64,000 nucleotides of DNA from an uncultured Verrucomicrobiota bacterium (GTDB taxonomy: Bacteria; Verrucomicrobiota; Verrucomicrobiia; Limisphaerales; UBA9464): positions 17,357 to 81,356 of the forward strand of contig CAIXUG010000081.1 of the NCBI GenBank assembly GCA_903922605.1, given 5' to 3'. Below the pieces are notes generated by a model. It searched no databases and was not told the DNA's origin. It was given only the letters and a program-made list of their open reading frames with translations. The translations under genes were made by a program, and so were the position numbers. Below are positions 46,341 through 55,059 of the stretch, piece after piece (positions within the stretch are counted from its first letter, which is position 1; the number at the start of each line of letters is the position of its first letter).

Positions 46341-47150
46341 CTAGGCTCCCAACAGGCGCCGGGCACCCGGGGTGAGCACATCGAGATCCTGCCAGGTGAG
46401 GAAGTCGATGGTCTTGAACTCCCGGTCAATCGCAGGCGGGCCGCAGATCTTGGAGCCGAACGAAAGGTAGGCGCGGAGGAGTTTCGGGATTTTGGGAGCT
46501 TCCTCGGCCAGGGTCTGCATGTCGCAGTAGAAGGCCGGCCGGGGAAAGGTGCGCAGGGCCGGCTCCACGAGATGCGCGTCACTCAGTTCGAAGAAGGCCG
46601 CCGCCCCCACCTGGGGATCCTGCGAGGTCAGCGAACTGCACCCCACGAGGTAGCGGCTGCCGTGTTCGCGCGCGTAGGAAATGATGCCCTTCCAGAGCAG
46701 GCCGAGCACGAGCAGGTTGCGGTGGTCGATGTGAACACAGGCGCGGCCCAGCTCCACGATCTGTTCCCGGAGCGGTTCGTAAGGTGAAAAATCGAACTCC
46801 TGCTCGGAGTAGTAGCCGAAATGACGGGCGGCGGAGAGGCCGGTCTGCAACCGGTAGGTGCCCACGACGTCGCCGGTACGGCGGTCCTCGACCAGCAGAT
46901 GGTCGCAGACCGGATCAAAATGGTCCTCATCCCGCAACGTGGCGAAGGAGCTTTCCAGCCCCTCGTTCAGCTCGAGGTTGAAAACCAAAAACCGAAGTGC
47001 CTGGGCGGCATGGATATCCTCCGCCGAGGTGGCCCGACGCAGCACGTACGGCGATTCCGTAACGGTGCGATTGAGCACGCGCGCACCCATGATGGCGGCG
47101 CTGCCCGGCAGATTGGCGGTGAGGCTCCCAGCTAGCATGGCGGATGTCAT
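46341..47150 (-). CDS. olsB: GNAT-fold N-acyltransferase, ornithine-acyl-ACP N-acyltransferase-like
   Basis: The pattern RFLVFNLELNEGL...DEDHFDPVCDHLLVEDRRTGDVVGTYRLQ...YSEQEFDF...IVELGRACVHIDHRN matches the OlsB / hemolysin-like Acetyltransf_5 family as I remember it. Trimmed to MTSAMLAG. Confidence 0.7.
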   Translation of the reverse strand: MTSAMLAGSLTANLPGSAAIMGARVLNRTVTESPYVLRRATSAEDIHAAQALRFLVFNLELNEGLESSFATLRDEDHFDPVCDHLLVEDRRTGDVVGTYRLQTGLSAARHFGYYSEQEFDFSPYEPLREQIVELGRACVHIDHRNLLVLGLLWKGIISYAREHGSRYLVGCSSLTSQDPQVGAAAFFELSDAHLVEPALRTFPRPAFYCDMQTLAEEAPKIPKLLRAYLSFGSKICGPPAIDREFKTIDFLTWQDLDVLTPGARRLLGA

Positions 47151-47365
47151 AGCGGGAGAAGTCTGTCTCGGCAAGTCCCCGCCCGGCACGTCACCTTGCG
47201 GTGAAACATGCAACATTGGGGTGACGAGCGGGAATTGGTGGCAGTCCATCCAGGATGAGTCGCGTGACGGCGGGATTCCTTGCAAAATCAACCGGCCTCG
47301 AAAGGGTTGGAAAATGTCGCGGTCGAGTCTGACGCAACAAATTCAGAGCCAGCATGATGCGAAGC

Positions 47366-48025
47366 TCAATGTTCGCCACCGCCCAAATGGCGGATGTCCC
47401 GGGCCTCGTACAGGAAGACCGCATCCTCGGCGACGTTCTTGGCGTGGTCGGCGATGCGTTCCAACGCCTTGCTGATGGCCATCAGGTTCAGGCAGCGGGT
47501 GATCGTGGTGGGTTTCTCGATCATGTAGCTCGCCAGTTCCCGGTGAAGCTGCTTGTTGAGCTGGTCCACGTCCTTGTCGCGGGGGATGACGCTGCGGGCC
47601 CGGGCGGTGTCACCGGTGACGAAGGCACCGAGCGCATCGTTCAGCATGGCCATCGCCATCGTGGCCATGCGGGGAATGTCCACGTAGGGCTTGAGCTGGG
47701 GTTCCTGCGACAGTTCCAGCGAACGGCGGGCGATGGTGGTGGCCTCGTCCCCGACGCGTTCGAGGTCGCGGGAAATCTTCATCGCGCTGGTGATGAGACG
47801 GAGCTGGGTGGCCAGGGGAGCCTTGGCCAGCAGGGCGATGCAGGCGGCATCCACCTGCTGCTCGAGCTGGTCAATGGCGTCGTCCTCCTCCTTCACGCGG
47901 CGGGCGAGGTCATCATCGCGTTCGACGAGCGCCTTGATGGCGTTGTTGACGGCGGCCTCGGCACGGCTGGCCATGAGCAGCAGACGCTCCTTCAGGGCGG
48001 CGAGTTCGATTTCAAAGTGGGACAT
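47366..48025 (-). CDS. phoU: Phosphate signalling complex protein PhoU
   Basis: Duplicated PhoU repeats (DDLARRVKEEDDAIDQLE and ...ERIADHAKNVAEDAVFL). It lies directly downstream of pstB. Confidence 0.93.
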   Translation of the reverse strand: MSHFEIELAALKERLLLMASRAEAAVNNAIKALVERDDDLARRVKEEDDAIDQLEQQVDAACIALLAKAPLATQLRLITSAMKISRDLERVGDEATTIARRSLELSQEPQLKPYVDIPRMATMAMAMLNDALGAFVTGDTARARSVIPRDKDVDQLNKQLHRELASYMIEKPTTITRCLNLMAISKALERIADHAKNVAEDAVFLYEARDIRHLGGGEH

Positions 48026-48068
48026 GGAAATGGCGAATGACGAGTTGCGAGTGACGAATTGAAGCGGC

Positions 48069-48887
48069 TCAGCCGAAGCGGCCGGTGACGTAGTCCTCGG
48101 TCTGCTTTTTGGCGGGGTTCGTGAAGATCTTGGAGGTGAGATCGTACTCGATCAGCTCACCGATGTAGAAGAACGCCGTGTAATCGGAAATGCGCGTGGC
48201 CTGCTGCATGTTGTGCGTGACGATCACGATGGTGAACTCCTTTTTCAACTCGATGATCAGTTCCTCGACCTTGGCGGTGGCGATGGGGTCCAGGGCGCTG
48301 GCCGGCTCGTCCATCAGTATGATCTCGGGCCGGATCGCGATGGCGCGGGCGATGCACAGGCGCTGCTGCTGGCCGCCGGAGAGGCCGAGCGCACTGGAAT
48401 TCAGGCGGTCCTTCACCTCGTCCCAGAGCGCCGCGCCGCGCAGCGACTTCTCGACCACGGCATCCACTTCGGATTTGGCCCGCCTGCCCTGGAGGTTCAG
48501 GCCGTAGGCGATGTTGTCGTAAATGGACTTCGGGAACGGGTTGCTCCGCTGGAACACCATGCCGACCCGCTTGCGCAACTCGATTACGTCCACATCCTTG
48601 GCATAGATGTCCTCCCCCCCGATCCGACATTCGCCGGTGATGCGCACGCCGTCGATCAGGTCGTTCATCCGGTTGAAGCAGCGCAGATAGGTGGACTTGC
48701 CGCAGCCCGACGGCCCGATGAACGCGGTGACGAGCTTCTCGCGGATGGACAGGTTGATGCTCTTGAGCGCCCGGGAGGTGCCGTAGAAAAGCTCCAGGTC
48801 CTTCGTCTCGATGAGCGCCGGCGCGTTCAGGATTTCGGCGGGCGTGACGAGATCGACCGGGTTGGTGGAGAGGGTGATGGCGGCCAT
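48069..48887 (-). CDS. pstB: Phosphate ABC transporter ATP-binding protein
   Basis: [37 protein letters not shown], and the C-terminus DYVTGRFG typical of PstB. Confidence 0.96.
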   Translation of the reverse strand: MAAITLSTNPVDLVTPAEILNAPALIETKDLELFYGTSRALKSINLSIREKLVTAFIGPSGCGKSTYLRCFNRMNDLIDGVRITGECRIGGEDIYAKDVDVIELRKRVGMVFQRSNPFPKSIYDNIAYGLNLQGRRAKSEVDAVVEKSLRGAALWDEVKDRLNSSALGLSGGQQQRLCIARAIAIRPEIILMDEPASALDPIATAKVEELIIELKKEFTIVIVTHNMQQATRISDYTAFFYIGELIEYDLTSKIFTNPAKKQTEDYVTGRFG

Positions 48888-48902
48888 GGGAAAGAAAGCG
48901 GT

Positions 48903-49871
48903 TCAGTGTCCGGCCCGCATCGCCTTGCGCATCCGGGCGCGCGCGATGATGCCGACGGCGTTGAGGGAAAAGGTGAGGGCCAGCAGCACCAGCACGGTGG
49001 CGTAGAGGATCGGCCGGGTCTTCTCGATGTTGTCGGACTGCGTGCTCAGCACGAAGGCGTGATAGCCGAGGTCCATGAACTGGTCGGTGAGCCGCGTCGG
49101 CAGGTCGGCCATGTAGTAGGCCACCCCGGTGAAGAGGATCGGCGCGACCTCGCCGGCGGCGCGGCTCACGGCGAGGATGCCGCCGGTCAGGATGCCGGGG
49201 AGCGCGTTGGGCAGCACGATCTTGATGATCGTCTCCAGCTTGGTCGCGCCCAATGCGAGGCTGGCTTCTCGCAGCCCGGGCGTGATGGCCTTCAGCGACT
49301 CCTCGGTCGCCACAATGACGACCGGCATGGTCATGACCGCGAGCGTGAGCGAAGCCCATAGCACCGATTCATGGCCCCAAACCGGCGTGGGGGAGTGCAG
49401 GAGCGCATCCATGTTCTTCCCGACGAAGTTGATGAAGAAGCCGAGACCGAACAGGCCGAAGACGATGGAGGGCACGCCGGCCAGGTTGGCGATGGCCACC
49501 CGGATGATCCGGGTGTAAGGCGAACTGGACGCGGCATATTCCGTGAGATAGACGGCGGTGATCACCCCGATGGGGATCACAAACACCGTCATCACCAGCA
49601 CCCGGATCGTGGTCCCGATGATCATCGACAGCACGGCGGCGGACTCCGGCTCGAAGAAGTCCTTGCGGGGGATCGTGGAGACGAAGCGCCAGGACAGCCC
49701 CGGGAGGCCGTTGATGAGGATGTTCGAGAGGATGGCCGCGAGAAACAGCAGGATGGCAAGCGTCGCCAAACCGGTCAGGCTCGTGAAAAAGCCCGAGGCC
49801 AGGTCGAACTTCTGGCGGGTGAAACGCCGCTTCACCGGACTGGCGGGAGCAGGGGTGGCAGCGGAGTTCAT
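48903..49871 (-). CDS. pstA: Phosphate ABC transporter permease PstA
   Basis: Six-TM BPD-transporter permease with an EAA-like loop (LREASLALGATKLETI). Its position lies between pstC and pstB. Confidence 0.9.
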   Translation of the reverse strand: MNSAATPAPASPVKRRFTRQKFDLASGFFTSLTGLATLAILLFLAAILSNILINGLPGLSWRFVSTIPRKDFFEPESAAVLSMIIGTTIRVLVMTVFVIPIGVITAVYLTEYAASSSPYTRIIRVAIANLAGVPSIVFGLFGLGFFINFVGKNMDALLHSPTPVWGHESVLWASLTLAVMTMPVVIVATEESLKAITPGLREASLALGATKLETIIKIVLPNALPGILTGGILAVSRAAGEVAPILFTGVAYYMADLPTRLTDQFMDLGYHAFVLSTQSDNIEKTRPILYATVLVLLALTFSLNAVGIIARARMRKAMRAGH

Positions 49872-49899
49872 GGCGCAACAGGAGAGGGAAGAGGGTGGC

Positions 49900-51132
49900 T
49901 CATTTGCCGGAGCGGCGCTGTTTCAACCGCTGCATGACGATGTCACCCAGCAGGTTGGTCGTGAAGGTCACGGCAAACAGGAGCGTGCCGAGCATGAACA
50001 GCACCCGGTAGTGGTGGCCGCCCTTGACCGCCTCGGCCATCTCCGCTGCGATGGTGGCGGTGAGGCTGCGCGTGGAGTCGAAGATGTTCCAGGAAACGAC
50101 GCTCGCGTTGCCGCTGGCGATCAGCACCACCATCGTCTCACCGATGCAGCGGCCGAAGCCGAGCACCAGGGCGGCAAACACGCCAGGTGCGGCGGCGGGC
50201 AGCACGATCTGCCACGCGGTCTGCCAGCGCGACGCCCCGAGGGCGAGCGCGGCCTGCACGTAGCTGCGGGGCACGCTGGTGAGCGCGTCCTCGGCGATGG
50301 AGAAGATGAGCGGCACGGCGGTGAGGCCAAGCGCGATACCCGCCACGAAGGCATTGAGCCGGTAGCGGTAGCCGAAGAGGTTCTGCAGGAACCCCGCGAG
50401 CACGATGAAGGCAAAGGCGCCCATCACGACCGAAGGGATGCCCGACAGAAACTCGATGCCGGGCTTGATCCATTCCTTCCAGCGTGGTGAGGCCAATTGC
50501 GAGACGTAGATGGCGGCGGCCAGGGAGAGGGGCACGGCGAAGGCCAGGCCGACCATCGTGGTCTTGAGGGTGCCGATCAGCAGGGGGATCAGGTTGTACT
50601 TGGGAATTGTCCCGACCGGCTGCCAGATGTATTCGGGCTTGCTGTAACCGGTCCACTGGAAGGGATGGAGCATGTAGGCCCATTCGGTCGTGTTGACCTT
50701 GGCATCCTTGTCATCCCGGAAGCTGGCCGGCACCTCCTTGGCGGCCTCCTCACGGATTTCCATCATCGTCTGCAGGGTCTCGTGATCCTTGGATTTCAGC
50801 TCCGAAGGGGTCATGCCCAGATACTTGGCCAGCTTGGCCGGCGGCACCTTGTCGAGGTCGGTGGACGGGATGACATCCTGAACCAGGGCGCTGTCGGTCT
50901 CGCCGAGAAACACCGGCAACGCCTCACGACCCACGAACAGGAAGATGAGGAAAACCATCGCGATGGCCGAGAAGCTGACCCCGAAGATGAACTTCTCGGC
51001 GAGCCATTCGAGCGGGCGCGCCTTGTGGCCGCGATGGATGCCCATCCAGCCGATGGGCCGGCGGGCGGGTGGGTTGGCGTGAGGATCGGGCACGACGGGG
51101 ATTCGGGTTAGGCGGGCACCGGAAAGGCGCAC
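49900..51132 (-). CDS. pstC: Phosphate ABC transporter permease PstC (start uncertain)
   Basis: BPD-transporter permease with the loop VQAALALGASRWQTAWQIVLP. It has a long N-terminal periplasmic insertion. Possible internal start at MGIHRGHK. Confidence 0.88.
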   Translation of the reverse strand: MRLSGARLTRIPVVPDPHANPPARRPIGWMGIHRGHKARPLEWLAEKFIFGVSFSAIAMVFLIFLFVGREALPVFLGETDSALVQDVIPSTDLDKVPPAKLAKYLGMTPSELKSKDHETLQTMMEIREEAAKEVPASFRDDKDAKVNTTEWAYMLHPFQWTGYSKPEYIWQPVGTIPKYNLIPLLIGTLKTTMVGLAFAVPLSLAAAIYVSQLASPRWKEWIKPGIEFLSGIPSVVMGAFAFIVLAGFLQNLFGYRYRLNAFVAGIALGLTAVPLIFSIAEDALTSVPRSYVQAALALGASRWQTAWQIVLPAAAPGVFAALVLGFGRCIGETMVVLIASGNASVVSWNIFDSTRSLTATIAAEMAEAVKGGHHYRVLFMLGTLLFAVTFTTNLLGDIVMQRLKQRRSGK

Positions 51133-51160
51133 GGAATCGGCATGGGCGGAGACTAAACGG

Positions 51161-51208
51161 GGTGGAGGCGTTGAACCTACTTACGTTTGGGTTACAACGG
51201 CCTCCACC
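51161..51208 (-). other. Intercistronic stem-loop between pstS and pstC
   Basis: ggtggaggcgttg (51161-51173) pairs with caacggcctccacc (51195-51208), with one bulge and a 21-nt loop. Confidence 0.55.
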
Positions 51209-51294
51209 CCTTGGGTGATCGCGGAGGAACTGCGATCAAATTCTGCCGAACGGAGGGAGGGCATCGGCTGCCCGCCCCGCCATTGCGATGGCGC

Positions 51295-52152
51295 TCAGTT
51301 GGCGCGGAGATTCTTGGGCAACGGGTAATAGCCGACGTCCTTGACGAGCTTCTGGCCCTCGTCGCCGCGGATCCATTTGAGGTAGGCGGAGATGTCGCCC
51401 TTATCCAAGGCCGGATTCACATAAACGTAGAGGTAGCGCCAGATCGGGTACTTGCCGGAGAGCACGGTCTCTTCGCTGGGCTCGATGGCTTCCTCCCCCT
51501 TGACCTTGCTGACCTTGAGATGCTTGGCGCCGTTGCCGTAGGCCGCGCCGCCATAGCCGATTCCGTTCTTGTCCTTGGCGACCGCCTGGAGGACGGCGGC
51601 GGTGCCGGGCATGGTCTGGGCGCTGGAGGCGAAGTCCTTGCCTTTCAGCACGTGTTCCTTGAAGAACTCGTAGGTGCCGGAGCTGTTCTCACGGCTGTAC
51701 ACCGTGATCGGGGCGTCCGCGCCGCCGACTTCCTTCCAGTTCTTGATCGCACCGGTGAAGATGCCTTCCAGCTCTTCCACGCTGAGCTGGCCAAGGGCGT
51801 TGTCCGCGTTTACGTAAACGCTGAGGCCGTCGAGGGCCACTTTGTACTCTGTGGGGCGCTTGCCGAAGGTCTTCACGCATTGCTCGATTTCCTTGGCCTT
51901 GATTTTCCGGGAGGCGTCGGCGAGGTCGGTCGTGCCGTTCTGGAGCGCGGCGAACCCGATGCCCGAGCCGCCGCCGTTCACCTGGATCTTCTGGTCGGCG
52001 TGAGCCCCCATGTAAACCTCGGCCCAACGCTGGGCGAGGACCACGAGGGTGTCGGAACCCTTCACCGTGATGGCGCCGGCGGCGAAGGTCTGGGCCGCGG
52101 CCAGCAGGCCGGCGGCGAGGAGAAGAAGTTGCTTTTTCATGTTCATTTTCAA
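51295..52152 (-). CDS. pstS: Phosphate-binding protein (PBP-like, PstS family)
   Basis: Signal peptide MKMNMKKQLLLLAAGLLAAAQTFA, then ITVKGSDTL...GGGSGIG...SRENSSGTYEFF. Confidence 0.9.
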   Translation of the reverse strand: MKMNMKKQLLLLAAGLLAAAQTFAAGAITVKGSDTLVVLAQRWAEVYMGAHADQKIQVNGGGSGIGFAALQNGTTDLADASRKIKAKEIEQCVKTFGKRPTEYKVALDGLSVYVNADNALGQLSVEELEGIFTGAIKNWKEVGGADAPITVYSRENSSGTYEFFKEHVLKGKDFASSAQTMPGTAAVLQAVAKDKNGIGYGGAAYGNGAKHLKVSKVKGEEAIEPSEETVLSGKYPIWRYLYVYVNPALDKGDISAYLKWIRGDEGQKLVKDVGYYPLPKNLRAN

Positions 52153-52207
52153 GCTAGTGGGTTGAGAAATTCGCCGCGTGACGAGGGGGTTACGCGGCGG
52201 TGACGAT

Positions 52208-53632
52208 TCAGAACTTCCAGCTGAGATCGGCCATGAAATGGCTGCCAGCGCTCGTGCTTCCGACGGGATTCGGCTGAATCAGGGTGTTCAGGTAGTAGCT
52301 GAAGACGAAGGTGAGCGAATCCGAGATGGAATACTGGAACTGGATGAAGTGCCCCTTGACGTTGGTGCCGCCGCGGTAGCCGAAGCCGCCGGTCGTGGCA
52401 TTGTAATAGCCGGAGTACAGCCCGGCCGTCTGGTAGAACGCACCATTGTCGTCATCGACCAACTCGTCATACCAGGCATCGGCTTCGAGGGCCTGGTAGC
52501 GGTACGTGATTTCCCAGTGCCCCTTCTCGCCGGCCTTGCCGAGCGTGATGCCGGCGCGGTAGCCCGTGTTGTTGTTGGGCGCGCCCGGGTTGTTCATGTA
52601 TTCACCCATCAGCTTGACGGGGAAGGCGCCGTTATAGAGTGGGAAGCTGTCCAGCTTGTACACGATCGCGCTGCTGACCACGACCGGGTTGAAGTTGTAC
52701 GCCAGCTGGTACGCGCCCTTGCTGGGAACGCGGGTGTTCCCGTCGTTGACCAGCGGCACCCCGGGAGTACCGCTCTGCGGGAGGAACAGGTTGTCCTTGT
52801 TGTTCAGCGAGAAGACGCCCAGCCCGAGGGTGGATTCGAGTTTCGCCGTCCACTTTGCATCCCAGACGAACTGGGCGCCGGTCAGGTAGGGATCGCGGCT
52901 GGGGGAGTTGGGCCCGACCGGAGCGGCGCTGCGGTCAATCTGGTTCAGCTCGTCCAGGACGAAGGCGCCGGCAATGGCCTTGAAGCTGTTCTTCTCGTTG
53001 AGCTGGTAGCCCACGTAGGCCTGCGCGCCTTCCGGCTGGTAATCGAGGTCAAACACCATGTTCGAGACCTGGAACTGGTTGTCCATCTTGCCGATGGTCA
53101 CGCCGGCGCTCCAGGTCCCGTCGTGGAGCGGGGTCCACTTGGCGTAAGCCGTGTCGAAATAGACGCCTTTGCGGGTGGCGTTGTCCTGCAGGGTGGTGTT
53201 GGCCGATACGGGGTTGCCACCGGTGAAGCCGGAAGCGGCGTCCGCCGAGGCGAAGCGCAAGCCCACCTCGAAGTCTTCCTGCATGACGACCGTGAAGGCC
53301 AGCCGGGCGCGGTAACGGAAGCGGGTGCGCCCGGTGAAGAGGCTGTTGTCCGAGCCGAAGTTCTCGTAGCGGCCGCGGAAATCGCCGTTGATCTTGAAGG
53401 CGGTGACCCAGTCCGGCATGCCGGTCTTGGACGCGAATGATTTGGTGAAGTCCTTGTCGGTCTCCTCCCGGAGGCCGTTGCCTTCATCCACGCTCAGGAT
53501 GCCTTTCTCGACCAGCTTGTCGATCAGGGCATCGGCGGATTGCGCATGGAGTCGTTGGACTCCGAGGGTTGCGCCCCACAGGGCGGCCAGGAGGGCCAGC
53601 CGGGGGAGTGTCTGAGGATGTGATTTAGCCAT
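52208..53632 (-). CDS. Outer-membrane beta-barrel porin (leads the pst operon; putative phosphate-regulated porin)
   Basis: Signal peptide (...LLAALWGATLGVQRLHAQ), N-terminal helical plug-like segment (LIDKLVEKGILSVDEG), alternating-hydrophobicity strands, and an aromatic C-terminus (DLSWKF). Confidence 0.75.
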   Translation of the reverse strand: MAKSHPQTLPRLALLAALWGATLGVQRLHAQSADALIDKLVEKGILSVDEGNGLREETDKDFTKSFASKTGMPDWVTAFKINGDFRGRYENFGSDNSLFTGRTRFRYRARLAFTVVMQEDFEVGLRFASADAASGFTGGNPVSANTTLQDNATRKGVYFDTAYAKWTPLHDGTWSAGVTIGKMDNQFQVSNMVFDLDYQPEGAQAYVGYQLNEKNSFKAIAGAFVLDELNQIDRSAAPVGPNSPSRDPYLTGAQFVWDAKWTAKLESTLGLGVFSLNNKDNLFLPQSGTPGVPLVNDGNTRVPSKGAYQLAYNFNPVVVSSAIVYKLDSFPLYNGAFPVKLMGEYMNNPGAPNNNTGYRAGITLGKAGEKGHWEITYRYQALEADAWYDELVDDDNGAFYQTAGLYSGYYNATTGGFGYRGGTNVKGHFIQFQYSISDSLTFVFSYYLNTLIQPNPVGSTSAGSHFMADLSWKF

Positions 53633-53671
53633 GTGTGAGTGTGTTGTGCGGGCGCACGCTCAAGATGGCCG

Positions 53672-53736
53672 GTTACGGGCAAACGGCGGAAATGTTACGA
53701 TTGTGTTACGGAACCGGACTGGCGAAATTCCGTAAC
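53672..53736 (-). promoter_or_regulatory. Phased GTTACG repeat array upstream of porin-pst operon (candidate Pho-box-like operator)
   Basis: Plus-strand GTTACG occurs at 53672, 53694 and 53705, with spacings of 22 and 11 bp. An inverted CGTAAC lies at 53731. The array is 40-100 nt upstream of the porin ATG (53632). Confidence 0.35.
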
Positions 53737-53760
53737 GCAACCGCGTTGCGGGCGGGAGCG

Positions 53761-55059
53761 TCAGTGCAGGCTGCCGGTCTGGAAATCGAGCAGGTCGCGC
53801 CGCACGTGGTATTCGTACTCCGCCCGGGCCTGCGACAGGGCGGCCGAGGTCCGGTTCAGCTCGGCCTGGTTCAGCTCGATGATGGAACTGAGCCCCTGGT
53901 TGAAGCGGGCCTGCGCCAGGTCCAGAGCCGCATTGGAACTCTCGAGCAGGCTGGCCGTCAGACGGACCTGTTCCCGGGACTGGCCGGCCTCCAACCAGGC
54001 CACGCGCACGTCCCGGATCAGGGTGTTCTCCGCGTCACGCAACGTTTCGGCGGCGGCCTGGGACTGGAACCCGGCCTCCTTGCGGCGGGCCTCGTACAGG
54101 CCGCCGGCAAAGAGCGGCACGTTCAGGTTGAGGCCGGCGGCGGCGTACTCGTAGTCGAAGTGGGAATCATGCAGGGGCGCCACGCCGGCCGTGCCGAACG
54201 CGCTGAGGGTCGGATACTGCAGTCCGCGCTCGGCCCGGGCGGTGGCCATGGCGGCGTCGCGCTCAAAGCGCAGCCGCACCAGCTCCGGTCGCTGCCGCAG
54301 CGCCAGTGCGATTAACGGCTCAGCATCCTCCGGCAGGCTCCCGGGAGCGGGTTCCTCCATCAGGGCGAACTCCCCGGGGGTGCGCTGGCCGAGCAGGCTG
54401 TCCAGCGTGGCCAGGGCCGATTGCCAATCCTTCTCGGCCTGGCTGGTCAGCAGCCGCGCCTCGTCCAGACTCACCTGGGCAAACCGGACATCCAGCTCGG
54501 ATTTCAACTGGTTCGAGGCGAGGGCGCTGACCTGGTCGAAGAGCAGCTTCCGCTGGTCAAACGTCTTGGCCGCGACGGCCTTCACCGCCCGCGCGGCGAG
54601 CGCGGAAAAATAGGCGCCATCGACTTCCAGCAGCAGTTGCGCGCGGGTGGCGGCCACATTGGTGGCGGCGGCCTGGGCCCGCAGTTTGGCGGCATCGGTC
54701 AGGTTCGCCGTGCGACCAAAGTCGGTGATGAGCTGCGAGATGCTGGCCCCGACGGCGGCCCGCTCGTAAACGGATGGGTTGTTGAGCGCCCCGGCCGCGA
54801 TGCGCGAGTTGGGGCCGTCGTCATTGCCGACGGCGGTCGCGTTGGCAGAGATAAATGGCAAGAAGCCGGCCCGGTTTTCGATGACCACCTGCCGGGCGGC
54901 GAGCGAACGAAGTTCCGCCACGGAGATGCGCGGATGGGCGGCCAGCACCTGTTTGCGCGCCTCTGTCAATGTCAGCGGGCGCGGCGCCTCCGCCGACACG
55001 GATCGGACCGGGGCCAGAAGCCAGCCCAGCAGGCAGAGCAGTAGTGACAGACGTTTCAT
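53761..55059 (-). CDS. TolC-family outer-membrane efflux protein
   Basis: Signal peptide MKRLSLLLCLLGWLLAPVRSVSA. Two-fold repeated OEP helical pattern. ATGA start/stop overlap with the RND gene at 55056-55059. Confidence 0.85.
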   Translation of the reverse strand: MKRLSLLLCLLGWLLAPVRSVSAEAPRPLTLTEARKQVLAAHPRISVAELRSLAARQVVIENRAGFLPFISANATAVGNDDGPNSRIAAGALNNPSVYERAAVGASISQLITDFGRTANLTDAAKLRAQAAATNVAATRAQLLLEVDGAYFSALAARAVKAVAAKTFDQRKLLFDQVSALASNQLKSELDVRFAQVSLDEARLLTSQAEKDWQSALATLDSLLGQRTPGEFALMEEPAPGSLPEDAEPLIALALRQRPELVRLRFERDAAMATARAERGLQYPTLSAFGTAGVAPLHDSHFDYEYAAAGLNLNVPLFAGGLYEARRKEAGFQSQAAAETLRDAENTLIRDVRVAWLEAGQSREQVRLTASLLESSNAALDLAQARFNQGLSSIIELNQAELNRTSAALSQARAEYEYHVRRDLLDFQTGSLH

